A stretch of 64,000 bases of DNA from the NCBI GenBank assembly GCA_037305845.1, contig CP147778.1:352001-416000 (forward strand), read 5' to 3'. The notes under the pieces were generated by a model. It saw only the letters and a list, made by a program, of their open reading frames with translations. It had not been told where the DNA came from and made no database searches. A program made the translations under genes and the position numbers. Position 1 is the first letter of the stretch. Each line of letters opens with the position of its first letter. This document shows positions 1 through 9,730 of the stretch, in pieces. The stretch comes from Candidatus Freyarchaeum deiterrae (lineage in GTDB: Archaea; Asgardarchaeota; Jordiarchaeia; Jordiarchaeales; Jordiarchaeaceae).

Positions 1-129
1 AGGGGCGCTAAAATAATAATTATTAACATGGGTGAGACACAATTAGAAGAAATCGCAGATATAAGAATTGAAGCCAAGTCAGGAGAGTTTCTTTCCAAAG
101 TACTCGACAAAGTAAAGATGAATAAGTGA
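1..129 (+). CDS. 3' end of Sir2/CobB-family NAD-dependent deacylase (partial)
   Basis: Frame 1 translates to RGAKIIIINMGETQLEEIADIRIEAKSGEFLSKVLDKVKMNK*, matching the sirtuin C-terminal GAKxIIIN..T..D..AD..I...GE.L pattern. Not in the ORF track. Confidence 0.65.
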   Translation, partial: RGAKIIIINMGETQLEEIADIRIEAKSGEFLSKVLDKVKMNK

Positions 130-288
130 TTTCTTCATAAAAGGAACTCAGAATACGTCACTAATTAATTAACTAATATTTTTACAGACCAGAAATTACT
201 ATTTCACTCACTAGTGGAAGACCTGAATACATAGGCTTAAATAGAGGATGCAACATACCACCTAAAAAATAATTCTTGATGATAAGGA

Positions 289-1776
289 ATGCCGGAAGAC
301 ACCCAGGTCTTGGGGCACGAGCCACCTCAAGAATTGGCGAGTGCCAGTGACAACTGGTTTATTGGTCCCCTGCACTTATACGATATCCTAGTAATCTTGC
401 TGGTTGCTGTCTTCACTGTAGGATTGTTTGTTGTGGGCCCACCGTTGACCCTCGATGACTTCTACCATATGGGTGTTGCCCAAGAGATTTATACGTTTGG
501 CTTCGTTCCCACTTGGGACTTCTGGGACTTTGTGCCAATCGGCCGCCCCCAACTTTATCCTCCTCTTCTTCACATTTTGATGGCTCTTTTCATGAAGTTC
601 TCTGGTGGAGATGTTTTCTTTGCTGCGAGAGTATTTAAGGTTATAACCTACCCGTTTCTTGTTTTCTGTTTCTGGTACTCGGCAAGGGGTTTCTTGGGTA
701 GGAAGTCGGCTTTCTACTCCACAATGGCGTTGGCTAGTATTTATCCCATGCTCGTCTTGAGCTATATAATTATGCCTGCTAGCCTAGTTATCGCTCTCAC
801 CTGTCTCCTATTTCTAACCTTTACTCGGAAGAAGCTCCTATACTCAATAATTTTAATGGCGGTAATGCTGTGGCTTCACATATCCATGCCAATACTCTCA
901 ATTATTGCTCTCCTCGCCTTCAGCTTGTTGAGAAGGAGGGAGGGATACTTGAAGTTCTTCCTCAAGGTGTTTGCAGCTTCCGCTCTACTCTACTCCCCCT
1001 GGTTAATTCACGTGGCTGTAAACATAAACTGGCTTTCCTCAGCTGGATTACCCGCAGAGTTTTTTGTTCCCTTCATTGTCTGGGCTCTAGGGCTGCCCGC
1101 AATTATTTTCTCCTTCAAGTATTACAAGGCTGACTACTTTATCTACACGCTCTATGCCTTCGCACTAATCCCCCTATTTTCGGGGTATGGTATCCGCTAC
1201 TGGGTTTACCTGACAATCCCACTGTCATTCTTTGTGGGTGTAACTCTCTCAAGGCATGTGGGCTCAAGAAGCGGAAAATGGAGAGCTATAAAGATGATAC
1301 TCATAGTTCTCTTAGCTGTTTCAGCGATTGCGGTCACGCCAGCAATAGGGGGAGCGACGCCAGTACAGCAAGGCCCCATAGCTTATCCGAATAATTCTTT
1401 TTCCTTCCTGTCCTCGCCTTTCCTTCAGCTACTCCTATGGTCACCTCAGTGTAGAGGAATGGTAACCCCGGATATTTTCCCACTTTACTTGGCGTCTGGC
1501 TGGATAAGAGCAAATACTCAGCCCTCCCAACCCATCTGCTACATTGGCTCCAGTTCAACTGATGCCGAAGTAATAACAGCTTTTACGGGCAGACCAACAA
1601 CGGGTGGAATGTGGCTTGAAGTTATGAACCCTCTCACCCAAATAGCGTCCCAATTGTACACACTAAACTACGGAACGGTGTACGTTGTGGGCCCTCCCTA
1701 CAGCGCACCTCCTCCCTCAATCCCCTGCACACTAGCAGCAGACTTCGGGCCAATTAAAATATTCGTAATAACATAA
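289..1776 (+). CDS. Polytopic membrane protein, GT-C-fold (AglB/STT3/PMT-like) glycosyltransferase candidate, paralog 1
   Basis: About 11-13 hydrophobic segments. Acidic DDFYH follows TM1, then WDFWDFVPIGRPQLYPP. The C-terminal soluble domain has WIRANT and AFTGRPT. Confidence 0.6.
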   Translation: MPEDTQVLGHEPPQELASASDNWFIGPLHLYDILVILLVAVFTVGLFVVGPPLTLDDFYHMGVAQEIYTFGFVPTWDFWDFVPIGRPQLYPPLLHILMALFMKFSGGDVFFAARVFKVITYPFLVFCFWYSARGFLGRKSAFYSTMALASIYPMLVLSYIIMPASLVIALTCLLFLTFTRKKLLYSIILMAVMLWLHISMPILSIIALLAFSLLRRREGYLKFFLKVFAASALLYSPWLIHVAVNINWLSSAGLPAEFFVPFIVWALGLPAIIFSFKYYKADYFIYTLYAFALIPLFSGYGIRYWVYLTIPLSFFVGVTLSRHVGSRSGKWRAIKMILIVLLAVSAIAVTPAIGGATPVQQGPIAYPNNSFSFLSSPFLQLLLWSPQCRGMVTPDIFPLYLASGWIRANTQPSQPICYIGSSSTDAEVITAFTGRPTTGGMWLEVMNPLTQIASQLYTLNYGTVYVVGPPYSAPPPSIPCTLAADFGPIKIFVIT

Positions 1777-1991
1777 AATTCAGAGCCACTAAACAAAGAG
1801 AAAGAAATAAAACTTTGCCGAAGCCAATGACACTCTCAGGTTACAATTAATTAAGAGGAAGTACAATGAGTGTTTCTCCTGCTAACCAGTTTCCGCTTAT
1901 TGAGTGATTGCTAATTCTGTGTTTTTTCTGGATTTTCATTCCAAAAAATATAATAATGAGTTCGGCTCAAGTCTTAATCTAAAAAATTGGG

Positions 1992-3515
1992 GTGCTCAAG
2001 GGTATGCGGAGAATAAACTTTGAAGTCGAACTGCCCACTGAGTTGCCGAGTTCTTTGGATAAGTTGTTTCTGGGTCCCTTGCACCTGTACGATTTTCTGG
2101 TTATAGGCATCATAATCTTTTTTATAGTCGGATTGTGGATAGTGGGGCCACCCCTATCCTACGATGATTTTTCTCATATGGCTGCAGCGCAGCAAATATA
2201 CTTGCTGGGGTATATTCCCACCTGGGATTTCTGGGAGTTTGCACCAGTCGGTCGGCCTGAGATTTATCCTCCTCTCGTGCACGTGATTATGGCGCTAATA
2301 ATGAAGGGCAGCGGGGGAGATGTCCTGCTGGCGGCGAAGGTAATTAAGGTTGGAACCTACCCACTTCTAATTTTTTGTTTATGGTGGAGTGCCAGAAAAT
2401 TTGTCGGGTATAAATCCGCTTTCTATACTGTCCTGGTACTCATCGGTAGTTTTACCACAATGACTGAAAGTTATACGATTATTCCAGCGTCCATCCTACT
2501 CGCGATTTCATGTATTTTGTTTTGGACTTTTACGCAGAAAAAGTTGATATCCTCAATTATTCTTTTAGCGGTAGCTCTCTGGATACATATCCTTTTCCCT
2601 TTTATGATCATCGGGGTTTTATTGCTTTTTTCTATAATTCGAAGGGATGAGGGGTACTTAACCTTTTTCGCCAAAGTTGTGGGAGTATCCCTCCTATTAT
2701 ATTCCCCCTGGCTAATTCATGTAGTGCCTGATTTGCATTGGCTGTCCAATGTGCAGACGCCCTTAGGATTACAGTTTCCCCTCCTAGCCTGGATTATTGG
2801 ACTTCCAGGTCTACTCTACTCAGTTAAATATTACAAGGACAACAGCTTCATTTTCGCCCTATTAGCCTTGGGGCTGAGTCCTCTTGTTATTTCTTACGGA
2901 GCCCGCCTCTGGGCAAACATACTAATTCCCTTATCGTTCTACGCTGGAATCACTATAACAAAATTCGTTGGAACCAGGTCGGGAAGATGGAAAAAGGCCA
3001 AAATTATTCTAATCATAGCTATAGCGTTTTCAGCGCTAACTTTAGCTCCAGCATTAGGAAGCACTATAGAGATTTTATATTATACGCCGAATTCTCCGCC
3101 TCTCCTAAACCCGTCAGCCGTCAGTTATCTAGCTTTGTGGCCTTCCACACGTATGGGTTCAACACCAGTATACTATGATCCTACGGGAAACATTGACCCT
3201 GTTGGAAACACCTTTTTTTACTATCTAGCTTCGTTCTGGATACAGGCAAACGTCCCACTATATGAGCCCATAGTCGTACTAGGCGGTAAAGCGGGGGTAG
3301 ATTCGGTTATGATGACCGCATTCACAGGTAGACCCACCACGAGCGGGGACTGGCTTGAGGTGATGAATCCGTTAATACAACCCATAGTACTATACTACAC
3401 CTATCACAACGCAACAGTTTTTGTTGTAGGTCCTCCCTTTACTTCACCGCCAACTGTGCTTCCTACGAACCTAGTGGCGCAGTTTGGACCTGTGAGTATA
3501 TTCGAGACGGCCTAG
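1992..3515 (+). CDS. Polytopic membrane protein, GT-C-fold glycosyltransferase candidate, paralog 2 (start may be ATG 2004)
   Basis: Colinear paralog of 289..1776 (GPLHLYD, DDFSH, PTWDFWEFAPVGRPEIYPP, YSPWLIHV, AFTGRPT, WLEVMNPL). Confidence 0.6.
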   Translation: MLKGMRRINFEVELPTELPSSLDKLFLGPLHLYDFLVIGIIIFFIVGLWIVGPPLSYDDFSHMAAAQQIYLLGYIPTWDFWEFAPVGRPEIYPPLVHVIMALIMKGSGGDVLLAAKVIKVGTYPLLIFCLWWSARKFVGYKSAFYTVLVLIGSFTTMTESYTIIPASILLAISCILFWTFTQKKLISSIILLAVALWIHILFPFMIIGVLLLFSIIRRDEGYLTFFAKVVGVSLLLYSPWLIHVVPDLHWLSNVQTPLGLQFPLLAWIIGLPGLLYSVKYYKDNSFIFALLALGLSPLVISYGARLWANILIPLSFYAGITITKFVGTRSGRWKKAKIILIIAIAFSALTLAPALGSTIEILYYTPNSPPLLNPSAVSYLALWPSTRMGSTPVYYDPTGNIDPVGNTFFYYLASFWIQANVPLYEPIVVLGGKAGVDSVMMTAFTGRPTTSGDWLEVMNPLIQPIVLYYTYHNATVFVVGPPFTSPPTVLPTNLVAQFGPVSIFETA

Positions 3516-3528
3516 TGCACGCGATGAA

Positions 3529-3556
3529 GTGAAGACAGAAATTCGCATGTCTTCAC
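3529..3556. terminator. Inverted-repeat hairpin followed by T-tracts downstream of the GT-C pair
   Basis: GTGAAGACA-N10-TGTCTTCAC, with T-rich runs at about 3588-3602. Confidence 0.4.
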
Positions 3557-3723
3557 ACTTGAACCTTTTCAGCTCAGCTTTCTACAATTTTTTCTTTTTC
3601 TTCCAGTTAAATCTCCTAAAAACTCGGCAAGTAATAATCAAAATGGCGAAAGTAATTAATAGGGTTACTGTTAGTTCGCACCTTATGAATACATATGTTG
3701 TAAATTAATTTAGAGGAATTACG

Positions 3724-4323
3724 ATGAGTGAGGATACTTTGGTAGAGCAACTAGCAAAAATGTCGACTCTGGAAGAAGTGTATGATATAGCTAAAGATTG
3801 TGTTCGATGCCCCCTCTCACAATCGAGAACCAGAGTCGTGTTCGGTGAGGGTGATTCCCACACCAAACTAATGTTCGTTGGAGAAGCGCCCGGAGAACAG
3901 GAAGACCTTCAGGCTCGCCCCTTTGTGGGAAGAGCTGGGAAGTTTCTAGACCAATTACTAAAATTAGCGGGTCTAGAAAGATACAAGGTTTACATATCAA
4001 ACACCGTTAAGTGCCGCCCGCCGAAGAATAGGAAGCCGCGAAAGGAAGAAATGGAAAAGTGTAATCCCTATCTCAGAAAACAAATCGAGTTAATAAAACC
4101 CCAAGTAATCTGCATTCTTGGAAGCGCATCCCTCGAAGCGCTGCTGGGGAAAACCTCCCGAATCAGCGAATTAAGAGGGAAGCCCATCGAAAAAGGGGGA
4201 ATCACCTATTTTGTTACATTCCATCCCGCAGCAACACTCTACAATCCTGCAGCAAAGGGGGAAATGGAAAAAGACATGCTATCACTAAAAGAGTTACTAG
4301 AAAAAAAGAAAATAGAAATCTAG
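3724..4323 (+). CDS. udg: Family 4 uracil-DNA glycosylase (4Fe-4S)
   Basis: CVRCPL, GEAPG, PFVGRAG, VKCRPPKNR and TFHPAA motifs. Confidence 0.93.
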   Translation: MSEDTLVEQLAKMSTLEEVYDIAKDCVRCPLSQSRTRVVFGEGDSHTKLMFVGEAPGEQEDLQARPFVGRAGKFLDQLLKLAGLERYKVYISNTVKCRPPKNRKPRKEEMEKCNPYLRKQIELIKPQVICILGSASLEALLGKTSRISELRGKPIEKGGITYFVTFHPAATLYNPAAKGEMEKDMLSLKELLEKKKIEI

Positions 4324-4357
4324 TTAGTCTCCATTCAACCTCAAACATCAAACTAAA

Positions 4358-4729
4358 TTAGGTTTCCTCTTCTTCCTCCGTTTCCCCAGGTTTTTCTTGA
4401 ATGTATACATTTCTATACTTTCCCTTTTCTTGATAAACTATCTTCAACACTTGTTCAGGTATCTTTTCCTGAACTGTTTCAAAAGAGATTGGGGAAACTT
4501 TTTCCATTCTTAAGATTTTTGAGAATAGTATGAAGGCATTGAAAGCCTCGCCCGTTGCAATAGACCTTCCCTTAAGATTAATTCCCCTGTCGCTGATGGC
4601 TACTAACCCTTCAAAATTGTAAGGCGAAGCGCTAAGCTCGTCACTGAGGCCCTCTCTGGTTTCTCGTTTGGGAGCATTCTCCTTGAAAAACCAAAAAGCC
4701 TCGTATTTTTTTCCCAAAATTAACACCAA
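4358..4729 (-). CDS. Hypothetical protein (beta-rich, acidic tail)
   Basis: 123-aa ORF filling the gap and convergent with udg. No recognisable motif. Confidence 0.55.
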   Translation of the reverse strand: MVLILGKKYEAFWFFKENAPKRETREGLSDELSASPYNFEGLVAISDRGINLKGRSIATGEAFNAFILFSKILRMEKVSPISFETVQEKIPEQVLKIVYQEKGKYRNVYIQEKPGETEEEEET

Positions 4730-4975
4730 TTATAAACGATACCTACTGCTTCTCTAAAAAATATTCCCTCTAGCCGTAAAAGATTAATTATTGTCAGGAA
4801 AGCTTCATCCCCGTTAAGGGATAACAAATATTTTTAAATGGATTTTTCTTTTGTATCACTGTTGGATTCGCGAGAATTGGATACCAATAAATTTAAGGCA
4901 CTAATCGAATCGTTCAGATAATTAATAAAAATTAGTGAAAATGTTTTTAAAAGATTAAAAAAAGAAGTTATTCAA

Positions 4976-6688
4976 ATGAGAGTAGAAGAATTTGATGTAG
5001 TTGTTGTAGGGGCTGGGTTGAGTGGTTTAAGAGCGGGGTTAGAATTATCTAGTGAGTACAATATTGCCGTAGTAAGTAAAGTTTATCCAGTTAGAAGCCA
5101 TTCGAACGCTGCTCAAGGAGGAATAAATGCTGCCTTGGGTAATGCCGAAAAGGGTAAAGAGGATTCTCCCAAAAGACACGCATTTGATACGGTAAAAGGT
5201 TCAGATTATTTGGCGGATCAAGATGTTGTAATGTTTATGTGCCAAGAAGCTCCAAAAATAGTCGTAGAATTTGAAAGCATGGGCGCGCCATTCTCAAGAT
5301 TGGATTCTGGATTAATAGCACAACGTCCATTTGGTGGTGCAGGTTTTCCTAGAACGTGTTATGCGGGAGATCGTACTGGCCACGCCTTATTACATACACT
5401 TTTTGAACAGTGTGTTAGAAAATCAGTTAAATTTTTTGATGAATATTTTCTCATTGATTTAATGCGGTTTAATAATCAAATAGTGGGATTAATATGCCTT
5501 GATATTGGTACTGGAGAATTAGTCGTTTTTCATACTCCATTAGTTGTTCTTGCAACTGGAGGTTTTGGACGAATATATAAGCGATCTACTAATTCAGTTA
5601 TTAACACTGGAGATGGACCGGGTGCTGCCTTTCGTGCGGGAGTTGCATTAGAAGATCTCGAATTTCAACAATTCCATCCAACTACATTATATGGAACTAA
5701 TATTTTGATAACCGAGGGGGCTAGAGGTGAAGGAGGTCTCTTATATAACAAGAATGGAGAGCGTTTTATGAAAAGGACTGCTCCAGAGGCGATGGAACTC
5801 GCTCCACGAGATATTGTAGCACGATCTATTGAAACCGAGATTCTCGAAGGAAGAGCATTTGATAATGAATATGTAAATTTAGATCTTACACATTTAGGTG
5901 CGGATCTTATTAAGCAACGGCTTCCGGGAATTAGAGAAATAAGCATGTATTTTGCAGGAATTGATCCTATTGATGATCCAATTCCAGTTCAACCAGGACA
6001 ACATTATTCAATGGGAGGGATAGCTACTGTTTCCGGAGGTGCCTATGGTCAAACAGAAATATCTGGACTTTATACGATTGGGGAGTGCTCTTGCCTATCG
6101 GTTCACGGAGCCAATCGTTTAGGAGGTAATTCTTTGTTAGAAACTTCTGTTTTTGGGAGATATATTGGGAGAGAATTGATTAAAAAGCATTTACCCAAAT
6201 TGCCATCCTCAGCTGATATGATGAAATTAACGGATAAAGTTGTTGGGAACGTTGAAAAATTATTTAAAAGCTGGGAGGAGAATGATGGGAAAAAACCAGC
6301 TGAGATTAGGAATGAAATGGAGGAAGTTATGACTAATTACGTGGGAATATTTCGAAAAGAAGAAGATCTAAAGAAAGCTTATGGTATCTTGGTCAAACTA
6401 CAAAAAGATTTCTTAAATACACAGGTATTAGCTTCTGATAGAAAATTTAACTACGGACTCGTTCGTACATTAGAATTAAGAAACATGTTAGACCTTGCAG
6501 AATCAACGGCGTATGCTGCTTTATGGAGGAAAGAAAGTCGGGGATCTCATTATAGGAGAGATTATCCAAATCGAAATGATAAGGATTATTTGGTGCATTC
6601 ATTAGTTTACAGACATGGGGATGGTCTTGAATTAAAAACTAAGCCCGTTAGGTTGGGTATTTTTGAAGTAAAAGAGCGTGAGTATTAA
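4976..6688 (+). CDS. sdhA: Succinate dehydrogenase/fumarate reductase flavoprotein subunit
   Basis: [16 protein letters not shown] (covalent-FAD His), [30 protein letters not shown] and ESRGSH. Confidence 0.95.
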   Translation: MRVEEFDVVVVGAGLSGLRAGLELSSEYNIAVVSKVYPVRSHSNAAQGGINAALGNAEKGKEDSPKRHAFDTVKGSDYLADQDVVMFMCQEAPKIVVEFESMGAPFSRLDSGLIAQRPFGGAGFPRTCYAGDRTGHALLHTLFEQCVRKSVKFFDEYFLIDLMRFNNQIVGLICLDIGTGELVVFHTPLVVLATGGFGRIYKRSTNSVINTGDGPGAAFRAGVALEDLEFQQFHPTTLYGTNILITEGARGEGGLLYNKNGERFMKRTAPEAMELAPRDIVARSIETEILEGRAFDNEYVNLDLTHLGADLIKQRLPGIREISMYFAGIDPIDDPIPVQPGQHYSMGGIATVSGGAYGQTEISGLYTIGECSCLSVHGANRLGGNSLLETSVFGRYIGRELIKKHLPKLPSSADMMKLTDKVVGNVEKLFKSWEENDGKKPAEIRNEMEEVMTNYVGIFRKEEDLKKAYGILVKLQKDFLNTQVLASDRKFNYGLVRTLELRNMLDLAESTAYAALWRKESRGSHYRRDYPNRNDKDYLVHSLVYRHGDGLELKTKPVRLGIFEVKEREY

Positions 6689-7449
6689 TGGTAGATAGGT
6701 ATAAATTTTTAGTTTATAGAAATTCCGGAGACGGTAATGCTCATTATATGCGATATGAAGTCCCCATATTTAAAGGAATGAATATTTTAGAAGCATTATT
6801 TTACATCCAAGATTACTGTGATTCAAGTTTTGCATTCCGTTACGCTTGTAGAGGGGCTATATGCGGATCTTGTGGTATGACGATAGATAAAGTACCACTA
6901 TTAGCATGCAGAACTCAAGTAGTTTCTGTTAAAACCATGAAAATGCCAATAAATTTACCAGAATTTAAGTTTGGTAATCATGACGACTGGAACTCGAAAA
7001 ATGAAATCCTCATAGAGCCATTACCTAATATGAAAATTATAAAGGATTTAATCGTTGATATGGAGCCATTCTGGAAATTCTATAGAGAGGTAGAACCCTA
7101 CTTCTCAAGAAACTGGAATGATAATGCACCAGAATCAACCCAATCAGCAGAACAAATGAAGAAAATTGAGCGATATGTTTATTGCATTCTCTGTGGTTTA
7201 TGCTGGGCTTGCCCTGTAAATGCGAAAAATCAAAATTATTTAGGACCCGCGCAATTAGCTAAAGCAAATAGATTTATTCAGGATTCAAGATTTTCAGAAG
7301 AAAGAAGGAATAGTATTGTCACTCGGGTATTAAAAGCAGATGCTGTACCCGCTTGTGAAAGATTTTTTGTTTGTAACAGAGTTTGTCCTAAAGAAGTTAT
7401 GCCCGGTACAGCAATTCATGAAATTCGAACTAAATTCTTAAATAAATAA
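6688..7449 (+). CDS. sdhB: Succinate dehydrogenase/fumarate reductase iron-sulfur subunit
   Basis: CRGAICGSC...LAC (2Fe-2S), CILCGLCWACP and CERFFVCNRVCP. Overlaps the sdhA stop (TAATG). Confidence 0.93.
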   Translation: MVDRYKFLVYRNSGDGNAHYMRYEVPIFKGMNILEALFYIQDYCDSSFAFRYACRGAICGSCGMTIDKVPLLACRTQVVSVKTMKMPINLPEFKFGNHDDWNSKNEILIEPLPNMKIIKDLIVDMEPFWKFYREVEPYFSRNWNDNAPESTQSAEQMKKIERYVYCILCGLCWACPVNAKNQNYLGPAQLAKANRFIQDSRFSEERRNSIVTRVLKADAVPACERFFVCNRVCPKEVMPGTAIHEIRTKFLNK

Positions 7450-7660
7450 AAGCTCTATGAAAAACTAATTTGAACTTAGAGAAGTGGCAAATATTTTTAA
7501 TAATTTTTTCTCTCGTATCACACTTGGAACCAGATATTTGAGTCGGAAAGACTTCCGAAAGAGCTATAAGAATTTATCGAGTGCTTGATTTCATTTGAAA
7601 CCAATAGTCTCGCAAAAAATGGAAATAATTTATTATTGAACTAAGAAAGGAAGAAAAATC

Positions 7661-8521
7661 ATGTTAACCGTAGGTGTTTCAAGCACATTATATCTCAATT
7701 TGACCATGGACCAAATTGTTGAGAAATTGGCAGAGTATGGTTTCTCTTCCATAGAAGTTTGGGCGGATGTGCCTCAGAAATGGTCCGGGAATTTCGATGA
7801 AGAGGAACAGCGAAAACTGGCGGATACACTTGAATCATTCGGTTTTCAGAGCTCCATACATGCACCGATATGGGACATGAACTTAGCATCTCACATAACC
7901 GGCTTTCGAAACTTATCCATAAATCAGATAAAATGGTCGATGGATTTAGCAAGAAAACTGGGTTCAAAACTTATTGTGCTGCATCCCGGTCACATGCCCC
8001 CATACGGCTCCATCGCATCTTTGCGTGAAAAGGGTAAAATGAACTTTATAGATTCACTTCAAAATTTGATTGATTACTCACTTGAAACCGGGGTTCCAAT
8101 AGGTTTGGAAAACCTTCCGTTAGACCTGAGTTTCTGCTATACTGTCGAACACCTTATCGAGTATGTTGACAGTTTCGAAAACCTCAACGTAACACTTGAC
8201 ATCCCACATGCTTATATGATTGAGAAATTTTTACAAAATCTAGACCCCAAAAAAAAGTCAACAACCCCAGAAGAAAGAATTGCCGCGGCGATAATAAAAC
8301 TTGGAAAACGCATCATCAACATTCATCTCCACGATAATGACGGCTCATGGGATCAGCACAAAGTTCCAGGAGAGGGAACCATCAACTTTAAACCCATAAT
8401 GAAAGCCCTAAAAGAAATAAACTACAGTAATCTAATCACACTAGAATTAAACGGCACAAAAGACCCCGACAAAACCGCATTGCAAGCCAAAAACGTAGCA
8501 GAAAAATTACTAAAATTTTAA
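7661..8521 (+). CDS. Sugar-phosphate isomerase/epimerase (xylose isomerase-like/AP endonuclease 2 TIM barrel)
   Basis: SIHAP, VLHPG, LENL, TLDIPH, HLHDNDG.DQH..PGEG and LEL metal ligands. Confidence 0.85.
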   Translation: MLTVGVSSTLYLNLTMDQIVEKLAEYGFSSIEVWADVPQKWSGNFDEEEQRKLADTLESFGFQSSIHAPIWDMNLASHITGFRNLSINQIKWSMDLARKLGSKLIVLHPGHMPPYGSIASLREKGKMNFIDSLQNLIDYSLETGVPIGLENLPLDLSFCYTVEHLIEYVDSFENLNVTLDIPHAYMIEKFLQNLDPKKKSTTPEERIAAAIIKLGKRIINIHLHDNDGSWDQHKVPGEGTINFKPIMKALKEINYSNLITLELNGTKDPDKTALQAKNVAEKLLKF

Positions 8522-8674
8522 ACCACCACCCCAAGCAATTTTTTTAATAAAGTAACAGCCAACTAAATCATTGGATAATACAAATTTTCCATTTGGTTTC
8601 TAACTCAACCCAAAAATTAAAATAATTAAAAAATAAAACTTAACCAATTAAAATACCTTTGGAGGTATTTTTTT

Positions 8675-9622
8675 ATGGCTTCTTTCTCCCCATGGAAAGA
8701 AAAGTGCATAATTACTTGCGCACTTACAGGAAGCGCTACTTTCCCTTATCAGTCGAAATACCTACCCGTAACGCCTGACCAGATATCAGACGATGCCAAA
8801 GCTGCTCGTGATGCAGGCGCAGCGATAGTTCATCTACATGTAAGAGACCCAAAAACAGGATTCCCATCGGCGGACTTGAACATCTGGAGGGAGAACCTTG
8901 AAAAAATTAAGCAAAAGGCTGATGACCTCATCGTCTGCTGTACTACCGGTGGTAGCGTAACCATGACTCCTGAAGAAAGGATACGTGTTGCTTCAGAGTT
9001 TTCACCAGAAATGTGCTCCTGCAACACCGAAACCATGAACTTCACTATGTTCAACCGAGCAGAGAGATTTAAAGACAATGAATTCTTATACAAAGTCGTT
9101 TTATCGACAAAAAATATGATATTCAAAAACAGCTTCGCGGATATAGAGAAATTTTTACAAACCATGTACGAAAACAATGTTAAACCCGAATTCGAATGCT
9201 ACGGTTCCAACGGCCTCTGGAACCTCATGGCTATGGTGAATTTAGGATGGGTCAAACTGCCCGCCCACATGCAGTTAGTCTTTGGAGTACTGGGAGGAAC
9301 AGGAAACACCCCCTACGAGCTAATACATATGTACACCGAAGCCCAAAGAATACTCGGCACGCAGAATTTCACATGGTCGGTAATTGGAGTCGGATATCCG
9401 CAGCAATTCCAGCTAGGAGCAGTGGGTGCGGTCATGGGTGGTCATGTACGTGTTGGTCTTGAAGATAACTTGTATGTTCGGCACCGGGAACTCGCGCAAG
9501 GGAATGGGCCTCTGGTTGAAAAGATGAGGAGAATAATTGAGGATCTGGGCCGAGAAATAGCTACCCCCGACGAAGCTAGGAAAATGCTGGGGCTTAAGGG
9601 AATCGACAAGGTTAACTTCTAA
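8675..9622 (+). CDS. Beta-keto acid cleavage enzyme (BKACE/DUF849, 3-keto-5-aminohexanoate cleavage-like)
   Basis: IITCALTG, AGAAIVHLHVRDP, TTGG, PEFECY and HVRVGLEDN. GGAGGT ribosome-binding site upstream. Confidence 0.92.
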   Translation: MASFSPWKEKCIITCALTGSATFPYQSKYLPVTPDQISDDAKAARDAGAAIVHLHVRDPKTGFPSADLNIWRENLEKIKQKADDLIVCCTTGGSVTMTPEERIRVASEFSPEMCSCNTETMNFTMFNRAERFKDNEFLYKVVLSTKNMIFKNSFADIEKFLQTMYENNVKPEFECYGSNGLWNLMAMVNLGWVKLPAHMQLVFGVLGGTGNTPYELIHMYTEAQRILGTQNFTWSVIGVGYPQQFQLGAVGAVMGGHVRVGLEDNLYVRHRELAQGNGPLVEKMRRIIEDLGREIATPDEARKMLGLKGIDKVNF

Positions 9623-9730
9623 ACCCTTCTGTCCTCTTCCTACTTTTTCTCGAAAAATAGAAGTAAAGTGCTTCAAATGAAGCATCAACTGGACATTTAT
9701 AGCGAAGTCTTTTTTTTCTGTTTTTTGTGA

